NCBI RefSeq assembly: GCF_963921235.1
Contig: NC_086108.1
Location: 68,264,001-68,328,000 of the forward strand
Source: Mobula hypostoma
Lineage: Eukaryota
Direction of reading: 5' to 3'
Length of the DNA: 64,000 nt
Of the stretch, positions 51,665 to 64,000 are shown piece by piece. The notes beneath the pieces were generated by a model. That model did not search any database, was not told where the DNA came from, and saw nothing but the letters and a program-made list of their open reading frames with translations. The position numbers and the translations under genes were made by a program. Positions within the stretch are counted from its first letter, which is position 1, and each line of letters starts with the position of its first letter.

Positions 51665-52435
51665 CATGTACTTTGGTAGTAAAAATAACTGTGCAGACTA
51701 TTTTCTAAATAGGGAGAAAATCCAAAAATCTGAGATGCAAAGGGACTTGGGAGTACTTGTGCAGAACACCCTAAAGGTTAACTTGCAGGTAGAGTCAGTG
51801 GTGAAGAAGGAAAATGCAATGTTAACATTCATTTCAAGAGGTCTAGAATACAAGAGCAGGGATGTGATGCTGAGGCTTTATAAGGCACTGGTGAGGCCTC
51901 ACCTTGAGTATTGTGAACGGTTTTGGGCTCCTCATCTAAGAAAAAATGTGCTGGTATTGGAGAGGATTCAGAAGAGGTTCACAAGGATGATTCCAGGAAT
52001 GAAAGGGTTATCATACGAGAAACGTTTGACAGCTCTGGGTCTGTACTCGCTGGAATTTAGAACGGTGAAGGGGATCTCATTGAGACCTCTCAAATGCTGA
52101 AAGGCCTACCCAGAGTAGATGTGGAAAGGATGTTTCCCGTAGTGGGGGAGACTATGACAAGCAGGCACAGCCTCAGGATGGAGGGTGGTCCATTTAAAAC
52201 AGTGATGCAGTGAAATTTCTTTAGCCAGAGGGTGGTTAATTTCTGAAAATTACCACAGGCAGCTGTGGAGGCCAGGTCATTGGGTGTATTTAAGGCAGAG
52301 CTTGATAGGTTCTTGACTGGACACGGCATCTAAGGTTACAGGGAGTGAGGCTGAGAAGGGATCAGCCATGTTTGAATGGTGGACCAGACTTGATGGGTCA
52401 AATGGCCCAATTCTGCTCCTATGTCTTATGGTCTA
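51665..52435 (+). mobile_element. CR1 3' fragment
   Basis: RDLGV, LYKALVRPHLEYC, GLSYEKRL motifs and CR1 tail. Close to 25790-26575. Confidence 0.92.
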
Positions 52436-53739
52436 CCTCTGATCTTCTTCTTCAGTACCACTTTTGTGCACTAAACCTTCAAATCCATCAATCTCTATCT
52501 TAAGTTTTTTCAGTGATTGTGCCATCTTGGGGCAGAGAATTTAAATAATGCATCTCCTATGAATGAAGAAATTCCTTCTGATTGGCAACACTTTTCTGAG
52601 ATTGAGACGCAATTATCCTAGCCAGGGAAATCATGATCCGGACCTGCCCTCTTTCCTTTGCATTGCCATTCCTCAATTCACAATATTATATTTTCCCACT
52701 CCTATGTGATTAATAACCACCTAAGAAGCATTTTTATCAAAGAGCAAAGGCATCTAGATTCCTTTTACCTGTTCAAACTCAAACACCTTTAGTAAATTTA
52801 TCAAACCTGATTGGTTTCATAAACTTGGTCCAATCATCTTGTTGTTTTCTAAATGCCCTGTTACCACATATTCCAAAATTCCACATTCATTCCCTTCCTC
52901 CTTTCTTCTAGTCTACCTTCCAGCCTGTGGCAACAATTCCAGAATCTATGAAATGCTGGAAGATGATAACTAGAACATTCTCCATCTCCACAAAGCCTTG
53001 AGATGCAAAGTGAAGACCGAAAATATTTAATTATTTTTTTCTGCCAAATAATATTCCCTAATATAATTTCCCCTAATATTTGCCTTCATTGCATATCAAT
53101 AATAGCCTTCATATCTCTTGTATGTTGTTCAGAGATTACTCTAAAATTTTCCCTTCGATTCTACACTACGTGTCCCTACCAATGACAAATTCTGAAAATT
53201 TCCCAGGTTTTTTTTCATGCTTGCTGTTGCTTTAGTAAAATTTTTCCTGAGCGATTTCTGTGTCTTAAAGAGATTTTTATTTGTGGCAGGCAGCCTATTA
53301 ATTTTTTTAAATTGTAGCCACTGCTTGCTTATTGTTATTCTTTTTAATGTACTTTTGCATTCCACTATAGTAAACGAATACTTCTTACCTTCCAAGTTTT
53401 TGTATAGATTTAGATGTGCCTTCCAACTTTCATAGTTTGTATAATATTCAATAATATTGTGATCACTCCTAAAGGGCTGGTTATTAATCAATGCTTGACT
53501 ATCAGGTTATTAATCAACCATTTTTCATTATACAATTCTAGATCTTGTTTCTCACTTGATTCTTTAATATACTGATCCTAAAAAATCTTTCATATACACT
53601 CCTTGACTTTGTCCACCATATTATTACTGCTAAATTGTTTTAAACTGGCCTGTATGTAGGTTAAAGCCTCCATGATTATTATATTATCCTTGTTGCACTA
53701 CTAACTACCCAATTTATTGTGATCCCTAAATTATCATTA

Positions 53740-56700
53740 CTGTTTGATTGCTTCTCGACGACTCCCACCACTGCTGTCTATACTGTTTCCTAGGTCCCAA
53801 ACAGATTCTAATCCTTTATTTTCTGGTGGCAGACCAATCGAAATTAGTGGTGGACCAATCAATTCGAAAAGAGAGTGACCTTCGCAAAGGTCGGGGAGAA
53901 GTGCACAGACAGAGTAGCTCGTCATCATGCAAGGAAGCTAAGAAAGCTCCAAAGTAAAAGAGAAACATTGTCTAGCGGAGTGGTCGTCAAAGGAGAGGTT
54001 GTCGGAGTAGTGTAAGTCAGGCGGGTTTGGCTCATCAGGGCTTCGGCGAGGACGGGCCTAGGAGAGGTAGGTTACTTTTCTTCATCCCACTCTAACAAGA
54101 ATAGTGGGTGTGACTGCGAGGCCAATTTTCTGTTCTGGATGTCAGACGTGTGATGTCCAGGAGACTTCCAGCCTCCCCGATGGCCACATTTGCACCGGGT
54201 GTATCAAGCTGCAGCTCCTTAGAGACCGTGCCAGGGAGTTAGGGAGGGTGAGGAGTTGATAGACAGGAGCTTACAGGCAGGTAGTCACCCTGGGGCCACA
54301 GGAGACAGATAAGTGGGTGACTGTCAGGAAAGAGAAGGGAGGGTGTCAGGTAGTGGAGAGCACCCCTGTGGCTGTCCTCCTGAACAATAAGTACCCTATT
54401 TTGAGTGCTGCTGGGGGGACGACCTACCTGGCACTGTGTCTGGACCTGTGGCTCAGAAGGGTAGGGAACAGAAGAGGATGGCAGTGGTAATAGAGGATTC
54501 TATAGTTGGGGGGGTGGTCAGAGAGGCGATTCTGTGGGCGCAAAAAAGAAACAAGGATGGTAGGTTTGCCTCCCAGGTGCAGGGTTCATGATGTTTCTGA
54601 GCACGACCACAGTATCCTGAAATGGGAGGGTGAGCAGCCAGAGGTCGTGGTACATATTGGTACCCACATAGGTAGAAAAAGCATGGAGGTCCTGAAAGCA
54701 GAATACAGTGAGTTAGGAAAGAAGCTGAAAAGCAGGATCTCAAAGGTAGTAATCTCGGGATTGTTGCCTGTGCCACGTGACAGTGAGTATAGGAATAGAA
54801 TGAGGTGGAGGTTAAATGCGTTGCTGAAGGACTAGAGTAGGGGCAGGGATTCAGATTTTTGGATCATTGGGACTTCTTCTGGGGTAGGTGTGACCTGTAC
54901 AAAAAGGACGGGTTGCACTTGAATCCGAGGGGGACCAATATCCAGGTGAGGAGGTTTGCTAATACTATTGGGGAGAGTTTAAACTTGATTTGCAGGTGGT
55001 TGGGAACCAAATTGAAGAGGCAGAGGATGGGGAGGTTGGAGCACAAGTTGTAGGAAGTTTGTGTGGAAGGATAGGCAGATGTTAGAGCAAAGATTCACTC
55101 AGCCTGATGGTTTGAGATGTGTCTACTTTAATGTAAGGTGTATAATAAACAAGGCAGATGAACTTAGAGTGTATATCAATATGTGGAACTGTGACGTTGT
55201 GGCCATTACAGAGACTTGGATGTCTCAGGAGCAGGAATAGCTACTGAGTCAGTGTGTGTGGAAGTCAGAAACAGGAAAGGAGCAATAACTGGGTGTTTTT
55301 TTTATAGATCCCCCAATAGTAACAGGGATATCGAGGAGCAGATAGGGAGGCAGATTCTGGAACAGTGCAATAATAAAAGGGTTGTTGTGATAAGAGATTT
55401 TAACTTTCCTCATTATTGTGTTAGGTGTGTTCAGGAAGGTTTCCTGATACACTATGTAGATAAGCCAACTGGAGGAGAGGCTGTACTTGATCTAGTATTG
55501 GGAAATGAACCTGGTCAGGTGTTGGATCACGCGGTGGGAGAGCATTTTGGAAGAAGTGACCACAACTCTACCTTTGACTTTAAGAGCCGAGAGGTAATGT
55601 TGCAGCTAAATAGGACCCTGGTCACACCACACTTGGAGTACTGTGCTCAATTCCGGTCACCTCACTACAGGAAGGACGTGGAAACCATAGAAAGGGTGCA
55701 GAGGAGATTTACAAGGATGTTGCCTAGACTGGGGAGCATGCCTTATGCAAATAGGTTGAGTGAACTCGGCCTTTTCTCCTTGGAGCGACAGAGGTTGACA
55801 GGTGATCTGATAGAGGTGTTCAAGATAATGAGAGGCATTGATCGTGTGGATAGTCAGAGGCTTTTCCCCAGGGCTGAAATAGCTAGCACAAGAGGGCATC
55901 GTTTTAAAGTGCTTGGAAGTAGGTACAGAGGAGATGTCAGGGGTAAGTTTCTTTTTTTACACAGAGAGTGGCGAGTGCGTGGAATGGGCTGCCGGTGGCG
56001 GTGGTGGAGGCGGAAACGATAGGGTCTTTTAAGAGACTCCTGGATGGCTACATGGAGCTTAGGAAAATAGAGGGCTATGAGTAAAGCCTAGGTAGTTCTA
56101 AGGTAAGGACATGTTCGGCACAGCTTTGTGGGCCAAAGGGCCTGTATTATGCTGTAGGTTTTCTGTGTTTCTATGTTTCTTCACCATAGCACTGGAGAGC
56201 AACAGGAGCAGACAATTTGGGAAGACATTTAATTGGGGTAGGGGGAAATATGATGCTATTAGGCAGGAACTTGGGAGTAGATGTTCTCGGGCAAAAATGT
56301 GGCAAATGTTCGGGAACATTTACATTGGGTTCTGCACAGGTATGTTCCATTGTGGCAGTGAAAGGATGGTAGGGTTAAAGAACCATGGTGTACAAAGGAT
56401 GTAGAAAATCTAGTTAAGAAGAAAAGCCTATGAAAGGCTCAAGAAACTAGGTACTTTTAGAGCTCTAGAAAATTACAAGTTTGCTAGGAAGGAGCCTAAG
56501 AATGGAATTAGGAGAGCCAGAGGGGGCATGAGAAGGCCTTGGTGAGCAGGATTAGGAAAACCCCAAGGCATTCTACAAGTATGTGAAGAGCAACAGGATG
56601 AGCCATGTGAGAATAGGGCCAATCAGGTGCGATAGTGCAAATGTGTGCAGAGCCAGAGGAGGTAGTGGAGGTACTTAATGAATACTTTGCTTCATTATTC

Positions 56701-58365
56701 ATCAGGGAAAAATAACTTGGCAATTATGGGGATGACTTACAGCAGACTGAATCGCTTGAGCATATAGACATTAAGAAAGAGGATGTGCTGGAGCTTTTGA
56801 AAAGTATTAAGTTGGATAAGTCACCGGGACCGGATGAGATAAACACCAAACTACTGTGGGAAGCAAGGGAGGACTTTGCTGAGCCCCATGTGATGATCAT
56901 TAGGGATGGGAGAAGTACCAGAGGATTGGAGGGTTGCAAATATTGTTCCCTTGTTCAAGAAAGGGAGTAAAGATAATCCAGGAAATCATAGACCAGTGAG
57001 TCTGACTTCAATGGTGGGCAAGTTTTTGGAGAAGATCCCGAGTGGCAGGATTTATTAGCATTTGGAGAGATATAATCTGATTAGGGATAGTCAGCATGGC
57101 TTTGTCAAGGGCAGATTGTGCCTTATGAGCCTGATTGAATTCTTTGAGGATGTAACAAAACACATTGATGAAGGTAGAGCTGTGTATGATTTCTGTAAGG
57201 CATTTGATAAGGTTCCCCATGCAAGGCTCATTGAGAAAGTAAGGAGGCATGGGATCCAAGAAGGCCTTGCTTTCTAGATCCAGAATTGGTTTGCCCACAG
57301 AAGGCAAAGGATGGTTGTAGATGGTTTATATTCTGCATGGAGGTCGGTGACCAGTGGTATTCTGCAGGGATCTGTTCTGGGACCCCTCCTCTTTGTGATT
57401 TTTATAAATGACCTGGACGAAGAAGTAGAAGGGTGGGTTAGTAAGTTTGCTAGTGACACGAAGGTTGGGGGTGTTGTGGATAATCTGGAGGATTGTCAGA
57501 GATTACAGCGAGACATCGATAGAATTCAGAACTGGCTGAGAAGTGGCAGATAGAGTTCAACCCAGATAAGTGTGAAGTGGTTCATTTTGGTAGGTCCAAT
57601 TTGAAGACGGAATATAATATTAATGGTAACTCTTGGCAGTGTGGAGGATCTAAGAGATCTTGGGGTCCATGTCCATAGGACACTCAAAGCTGCTGCACAG
57701 GTTGACAGTGTTGTTAAGAAGACGTATGGTGGGTTGGCATTCATCAACCATGGGATTGAGTTCAAGAGCCATAATGTAATGTTACAGCAATATAAGACCC
57801 ACTTGGTCAGATCCCACTTGGAGTACGGTGTCCAGTTCTGGTAACCTCACTACAGGAAGGATGTGGATAGCATAGAGACAGTGCAGAGGAGATGTACAAG
57901 GACACTGCCTGGATTTGAGGGCATATCTTATGAGAATAGATTGAGTAAAGTTGGCCTTTTCTCCTTGGAGCAACAGAGGATTAGAGGTGACTTGATAGAG
58001 GTGTATAAGATGATGTGGGGCATTGATCATGTGGATAGCCAGAGGCTTTTTCCCAGGGTTCAAATGGCTAACACGACGGGGCATAGTTTTAAGGTGCTTG
58101 GAAATGGGTACCGAGGGGATGTCAGGGGTAAGTTTTTCCACACAGAGAGTGGTGGGTAGGTGGAATGCACTGCTGATGGCAGTGGTGGAAGCAGATACAA
58201 TAGGGTCTTTTAAGACCCTTTTAGATAAGTACATGGAGCTTAGAAAAATAGAGGGATATGCACTAGGGAAATTCTAGGCAGTTTCTAGAGTAGTTTACAT
58301 GATAGCACAATATTGTGGGCCTAAGGGCCTATAATGTACTGTAGATTTCTATGTTCTATGTATTC
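53740..58365 (+). mobile_element. Near full-length CR1 LINE (ORF1 zinc finger/esterase + ORF2), decayed
   Basis: ORF1: CSGC...CTGC plus leucine-rich segment, VIEDS, VVHIGT, DGLHLN (SGNH esterase blocks). ORF2: VAITETW, YRSPN, DFNFP, SDHN, KSPGPD, QGSVLGP, KFASDT. (TTCTATG)n tail. Confidence 0.92.
55571..56179 (+). mobile_element. CR1 3' fragment nested in the CR1 above
   Basis: APE motif RSDHNS jumps to C-terminal FKSREVML...PHLEYC and a (TTTCTATG)n tail, then the host resumes at TTCACCATAGC. Confidence 0.88.
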
Positions 58366-58794
58366 TAAGATTCTTTCTGTCTACCACCTTTGTCCCACTC
58401 ATTATAATCAAGGCTATCGAGCTTCATTTTTCCATTATGCCTACCTCTTCTAAAATTAAGAATCCTAGAATTTTTAATTACTAACCTTTGCCGCTTTACA
58501 ACCATTTCTGTTATGAATATGAGATTGTATCATTTATTTCCATTTGTGCCATCTATCTTATTACAAAACTGTGTGCAGTTAAATAAAATGTGCATAATTT
58601 TATCTAATGACCATTTTCCAATCTGACTCCAACTGATGGGATGATTGCTCAATCCCTTCACTCTGCTCATTTACCTCTCCCCTTCCCAATCGTTTTTACT
58701 TTCACAAATTATCTCGCTAGTTTATTTAAAATTTGATATGCAACCCTAATTATTTTATTTCTCTGGAATATTGGTCTCGGTTCATGTAAGTGAA

Positions 58795-59570
58795 GTTCAA
58801 AAGTAAATTTATTATCAAAGTACATACTGTATGTCACCATATACAATCCTGAGATTCATTGTCTTGCAAGTATAATCAGTAAATCCAATAGCCATAATAG
58901 AATCAATGAAAGACTGCACCCAACAGGGCAGACAGCAAGTGTGCAATAGACAAACTATGCAAGTACAAAAGGACAAAAAAGAAATAATAATAATAATAAT
59001 AATAAATAAACAATAAATATTGAGAACATGAAATGAAGAGTCCTTGAAAGTGAGTCCATAGGTTGAGTCCAATAGTTCAGTGATGGAGCAAGTGAAGTTA
59101 TCCCCTCTAGTTCAAGAACCTGATGATGAGGGGTAATAACCGTTCCTGAACCTGGTGGTATGCGTCCTGAGGCTCCTGTACCTTCTTCCCAATGGTGCAG
59201 TGAAAAGAGAGCATGACCTGGGTGGTGGTGGTCCCTGATGGTGGATACTGCTTTCCTGCAACAATGCTCAATGTAAGTGTGCTCAATGGTGGTGAGGGCT
59301 TTAGCTGTGATGGCGTGGCCCTATCCACTACTTTTTGTAGGATTTTCCATTCAAGGGCATCGGTGCTACCATACCAGGCTGTGGTGCAGCCAGTCAATAT
59401 ACTCTCCACCACACATCTACGGAAGTTTGTCCCAGTTTTAGACGTCATGCCAAATCTTCGCAAACTTCTAAGGAAGTAGAAGCGCTGCCGCACTTTCTTC
59501 ATAATTGTACTTGTATGCAGGATCCAGGACAGGTCCTCCGAAATGGTAACATCAAGGAAGTTAAAGTTGC
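58795..59570 (-). mobile_element. Rex1/Babar-like LINE 3' fragment
   Basis: FNFLDVTISEDLSW...RQRFYFLRSLRRFGM...VESILTGCTTAWYG. Confidence 0.9.
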
Positions 59571-59809
59571 CTATTCTAAGAGGACTGCTCCCACTTTCTC
59601 CAGTACTAATGCCAGCATTCCAGAAATTGGAAGCTATTCCTCCTTTCATCTTTTAGCCATATGTTCAATTCTTTGATCTTCACAGCTCAATGCCAATATG
59701 CAAGTGACTTATTTTTATCTGAAGCCAGGGTTTTGAGAATGATTTTGTCATTAAAAGGCAAAATAGCTCACTAAGCACCTTACATGAAATGAAAACATCA
59801 GTCATTTAA

Positions 59810-60955
59810 TCATAGAATCATACAGCACATGGACAGGCTCTTCAGCCCATTGAATCCATGCAACCAACTTACACTCATCCCATAGTCTCCCCTCCCCTAC
59901 ACACTTGGAACCAATTAACCGTCCAACCCATAAGACTTTGGAATGTGGGAGAAAACTGGAGTACTAAAAGGAACCCAGAGGACACCGGACAACCTATAAA
60001 CTTCACATGGATGGCACGGCAGCTCTATTACTTGTGCCACTTTGACACCCATATTGACACATGAACCTTCATGTTTTTGAGGTGCGAAAGAAAATCCATA
60101 TGGTTAGAGAAATATGCAAGTCCATAAAGATGGCTCCAGAGGTCAGAATTGAATCTGTATCAGAAGTCAGAGCTTAGGAGGGATAATGGTGCCAAATGGC
60201 AACTCCTCTGCTTGCATCTTCAGAAACAGCTCTATTTCAATCTTTAATATTTTTATTTTTCCCTTTCAGGGTTCTTTTGAACCTTGTTACACGCAGGCTT
60301 TGGTTCTTTACTGGAATGGGACCCATTCTCGGGGTTCAATGACTGGCCATTATTCGACAGGCCAAGGGTGTGGCCTGAGAGTCTCGATCATGTTCGGAAG
60401 CCTAAGATCACGGGGCTCTGGAGGCCGGCGGATCAAGGGTCGGTGTCACAGGAGACTCGTGGGTCATCAAGGAGGCCAGAAAATCTTTCACTGTGGGCCT
60501 GAAGACATCGTAAACCAGTGGGTTGTTATGTCTTCCGCTCGCTGTGAAAATGGGGGACACCTCCTTTTCCCTTGCCAGGGAGAGAGTGAACCTGAGGGTT
60601 GTCGAATGTCGGATGAAATGCGAAGCCTTTGGGGTAACTTTGGTCTGTGTCTTTGTTATCCCTTAGCTCACGCTTGTGCTCGGTATCAGGTGCGCTTTCT
60701 TTTGCCGGGGGGAAGGGGGGGATTGTTGCTTGCAGTCACTTACACACGGGAGGGGGGAGCTTGGGGGGGGACTTGGGGTTCTCACATTTAACTGTCGTTC
60801 ATTTTTTGGGGCACTTCTGTTTTTGTGGATGTTTGCAAAGAAAAAGCATTTCAGGATGTATATTGTATACATTTCTCTGACATTAAATTTGACCTTTGAA
60901 CCTTTGTATCACTGAAGCTATGAGGCAGAGCTCGACAAAGTGTGCCACTGTATCT
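59810..60955 (-). mobile_element. Decayed V-domain SINE pieces (HE1-like)
   Basis: ctttggaatgtgggagaaaactggagtac...ggaaccca is the complement of the V domain. The second piece is split by the 60163 insert. Confidence 0.65.
60163..60904 (+). mobile_element. Non-coding retroposon (742 bp) with 7-bp TSD and (CCTTTGA)n tail
   Basis: TGTATCA at 60156-60162 and 60905-60911. 3' end resembles Rex1-like 3' UTRs. Confidence 0.8.
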
Positions 60956-62054
60956 CCATTTAGTCTATCCTAATCATGCAAATAAAGACTAGGCTGAATG
61001 GCCCCTTCTGTGAGATTCTTTAATTCTCCTGGTAAATTCATAAAATACTGCCTGGAGAATTACCCACAATAAGCTAGCTAACTTCTTGGGATGCTGGAGC
61101 AGAATTGCTACTTCAATACCTGAAAAAGCAATTTAAAATTTCTGTAGCTACAAAAGCCTGCAAAAGGAACGATGGAACCTTCCTTCATATATTATGTCAT
61201 GTCTCTGCCTATGTTGAAGAGGCTTCACCAAACTCACTTCCTCCACTGGTATTTTGGTAAAATACAGCTTCAATAGATATATATAGTAAGAAATCTCTTG
61301 ATAAGCCATTCTCAGAACTGACCAGTGAGACAGTTGCTGCATTGGCTTTAATTATGTAAAATTCCCTGTGTCAATGAAAGTTCTATTAGAATGGAAAATG
61401 GCAAAAATAAATGGGAAGGAGATAGAATGCAGGTAACTGCAGGATATTTACCTTAACATGGGGAAATGATAGAAGTTGTTAATAAAAACCTTATGCCAGG
61501 GTATTTAGAAAAAACTCAAAATACAGATAAAATCTACATAGTTCTGTGGAAGAGAAATCATGTTTAAACAATTTAGTCTGAAGTTATGTTTAGAAATTGG
61601 AATCAGTAGTTCTACTACAATTTACAAAACTACCTATAAACTCACCAGCTTCAGTTTCTCCTACTCACTTTTAAAAATCGCTGGATTCAATTTCCCACAG
61701 TCACTTACATTCCTTTTACACACCCCAGTTTTTATGTCCCCCAACAATGGGACTCACTACTCTAAAGACTAGAAGCCTGCAAGAATCCAAATTACTTTAC
61801 CCAGAAGACAACTTTATGCTGCAGCTTTGAGACAGCTTGCTTCCTAGGGTAACTGCTTGGTCACAGTCTACCTACCTAATAGAAATACAGCCAAGTCCTA
61901 AAAATGTACCAGACCTCCCTATCAAAGAGCTTGCTGGTTCACCATCTGGATTTTATTCTGGTAGAAAATCCACTCCTGTAAAATATTAATAAGGAGTGGC
62001 TTACACTCAAAGGAACAGCCAGAGAAAAACTCAAACCCAAACCCAATTTCTGAC

Positions 62055-62835
62055 ATCGGATCTTACTCAGTATCGTTAAAGTGTACTTCGGCATCCATCC
62101 TGGTAATGATAGAATAGTTGTCTGTGTCTTTAAGGGAGACGGCGATGTCATTACGCATGGATGGGATAGTGAGGAGACCATTTTGCTTTCTGCTGAAGAC
62201 GTGGTAGGGTGTTGGAATCGGGTTCCTCCTAGAGTGTGCTGGGCATGATGAGAAAAGGTGAGCATTAATTGACGATATCCATGTGAATTCGTTTATGGTT
62301 GTTGGCAAATCGAGAATATCAGTAATTTGACATGTCTTACATGTGGATGCTTTAGATTTCCACGAGTAAAGGCATCGACGCTGGATCGCGTGGCTTATGC
62401 AAAGTTCCTCACCATCCAAGTAGGTCAGTCTTCCTGTAATTTAACTACCAGGCAGTACCTTGTAAAAGTTGTGCCAACGTGTACCTTTTGTCTAACTTCA
62501 TTGTATCGGGACTGATTGTGCATGTAACCGCGTAACGTGAATGTTTAGTCTCTGTTCGGAAGTTCAACACGTATGTACGTCTTAGATGAGAGGTATTCGC
62601 TTACATTTTCCGCTGTTATGTATAAGATGCAGGGTGGGTGGGATTCTAATGTTGTTTTTATTGTGTTCCTTCAGGATTGCCACTACCGTATTAGTACCAT
62701 ATTAGTTCTGGTATTTTTATACTGCATACGCAATTCTGTCCATACACAAGGGTGTGGATCGAAAGTTAAACTGAGATTGTAATGGCAAGAACTGGTTGTA
62801 AGTTCGTTCATTTTGTTTTGCGACCCTCTTCTGGC
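62055..62835 (-). pseudogene. CpG-rich decayed ORF of unknown, possibly viral, origin
   Basis: About 260 codons with three internal stops and one frameshift. Cys-rich, with sequons NLS, NVS, NQS, NYS, NDT. About 30 CpG by hand count. Confidence 0.4.
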
Positions 62836-63359
62836 ACTTAAACATCTAAAACAGATAAAGGAATTAATACCCGAAAAAGTATTTGTCCTGAGCATGTACT
62901 TTTCCCCAGGCTACAATTGTTACTCAGGTAAGTTGTGGAGACAAAAGCTTTGATATTTTGAAAATTAAATTGGATGTATTCACAAGAGGAAAAGCGATTA
63001 AAAGATAATAGAAATGGCACTGAAAATCTGAGATTGATTAAATTGGAGCAGATAGCAGGGCATTTGCCCTTTCTTGGAATGAATTCCCTATTTATGCATT
63101 CCACAGTGGAAAAAAGGTTTTTTTTTTATTACAACAGCTGGCATTAAAACTGGCAAACTCTCAACTACATCACAGAACTTAAAATTTACTTCTCAGACTA
63201 CTGATAAAGTGGAGCGTGTGCCAAATGTTCAAGATGTTGAAGTAATCTACCGGAAACGTCCCCTTTTTTTTAAAGTAGGCTGAAATAAGCTGTACAAGAG
63301 CATTTTGAAATACAGTACTCATTAAGTTTGGTTTTATAGTATAGTGTATCAATTATTGA

Positions 63360-64000
63360 TCTTAAAGTGAGCAGTGTCACAACTGCCTTGCATGACTCAC
63401 AGTGAGTGCATTTTTGTCCTTTATACTAAAGGGGTCCCACGTAAATATTTCAGTCTTACATTTACACATAGTATATAAAAAATTATAACGCCCAATATTT
63501 CTAAGAGATTTGTTGGTCAATTTTCCTTAGCAACAACGTTGTCATAACAAAATGTGTATTGATTCTTTTCAGACAATGAGTGATTTATAGCAATGGGCTC
63601 TTATATTCAATTAAAATTGTAATGTTATCTTCTCTTTTACATTCCACCACCAGCTCCCACATCACATCCAAAGAATCTACACCCTGGAATGTTCATTGCC
63701 AATCCTACATAGCATTCAACCACATTCCATGAGCTCTCTAAGTTCATAAGGCTTGTATAGATTAGTTTGCAATGATATCGATGTCCAGCACTGCATTCCT
63801 CCCATATGCCTCATCAGGTCAATGTATACTGAACGAAGTTGGTTTTCTTTCTATATCTGACTGTTTTTTCACTCACTACTGTATTACTATTCTGTGTCTC
63901 ATCTGGGATGTTGTCAAAAGCTTTATTTTGGTCTATATACCTCACCAACCTCATCAACACACTTATTTACTTCTTCAAAAACCTCAGTCAAATTACTCAA
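63360..64000 (-). mobile_element. Highly decayed CR1 RT fragment
   Basis: ttgtcaaaagcttta...tctatatac is the complement of a decayed YIDxxKAFD motif. Confidence 0.5.

Noticed and set aside
60186..60791. 201-aa ORF as a gene
   Set aside because: It lies inside a TSD-bounded retroposon and has no recognisable motif; likely a GC-rich chance ORF.
1..64000. CRISPR arrays, rRNA or prokaryotic operons
   Set aside because: No regularly spaced repeats or operon-like gene density. The content is a vertebrate-type repeat landscape.

Overview
Eukaryotic, AT-rich, CpG-poor DNA made almost entirely of transposable elements. The mix of CR1, Rex1/Babar-like and RNase H-bearing I/Nimb-like LINEs, Penelope-like elements (PLEs), V-domain and CORE-like tRNA SINEs, Tc1 and Harbinger is typical of a cartilaginous fish (taxonomy is inference). 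I recognise no intact host gene; a few weak minus-strand exon candidates exist. Nearly all ORFs in the track are TE fragments or their antisense shadows. Highlights: (1) two different RNase H-encoding LINE families inserted one after the other at the same nucleotide of a Tc1 5' leader, leaving three copies of the target (34416, 39413, 41410), which suggests target-site specificity; (2) minimal hammerhead ribozyme motifs carried by PLE termini, including two fold-back insertions; (3) a CpG-rich, ~0.8 kb decayed ORF with glycoprotein-like features at 62.0-62.8 kb that may be an endogenous viral fragment; (4) several clean nested insertions with TSDs (solo LTR, Harbinger MITE with a Myb remnant, PLE in PLE, CR1 in CR1). 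Boundaries of old, degenerate repeats are approximate and family names come from motif recognition, not database searches.
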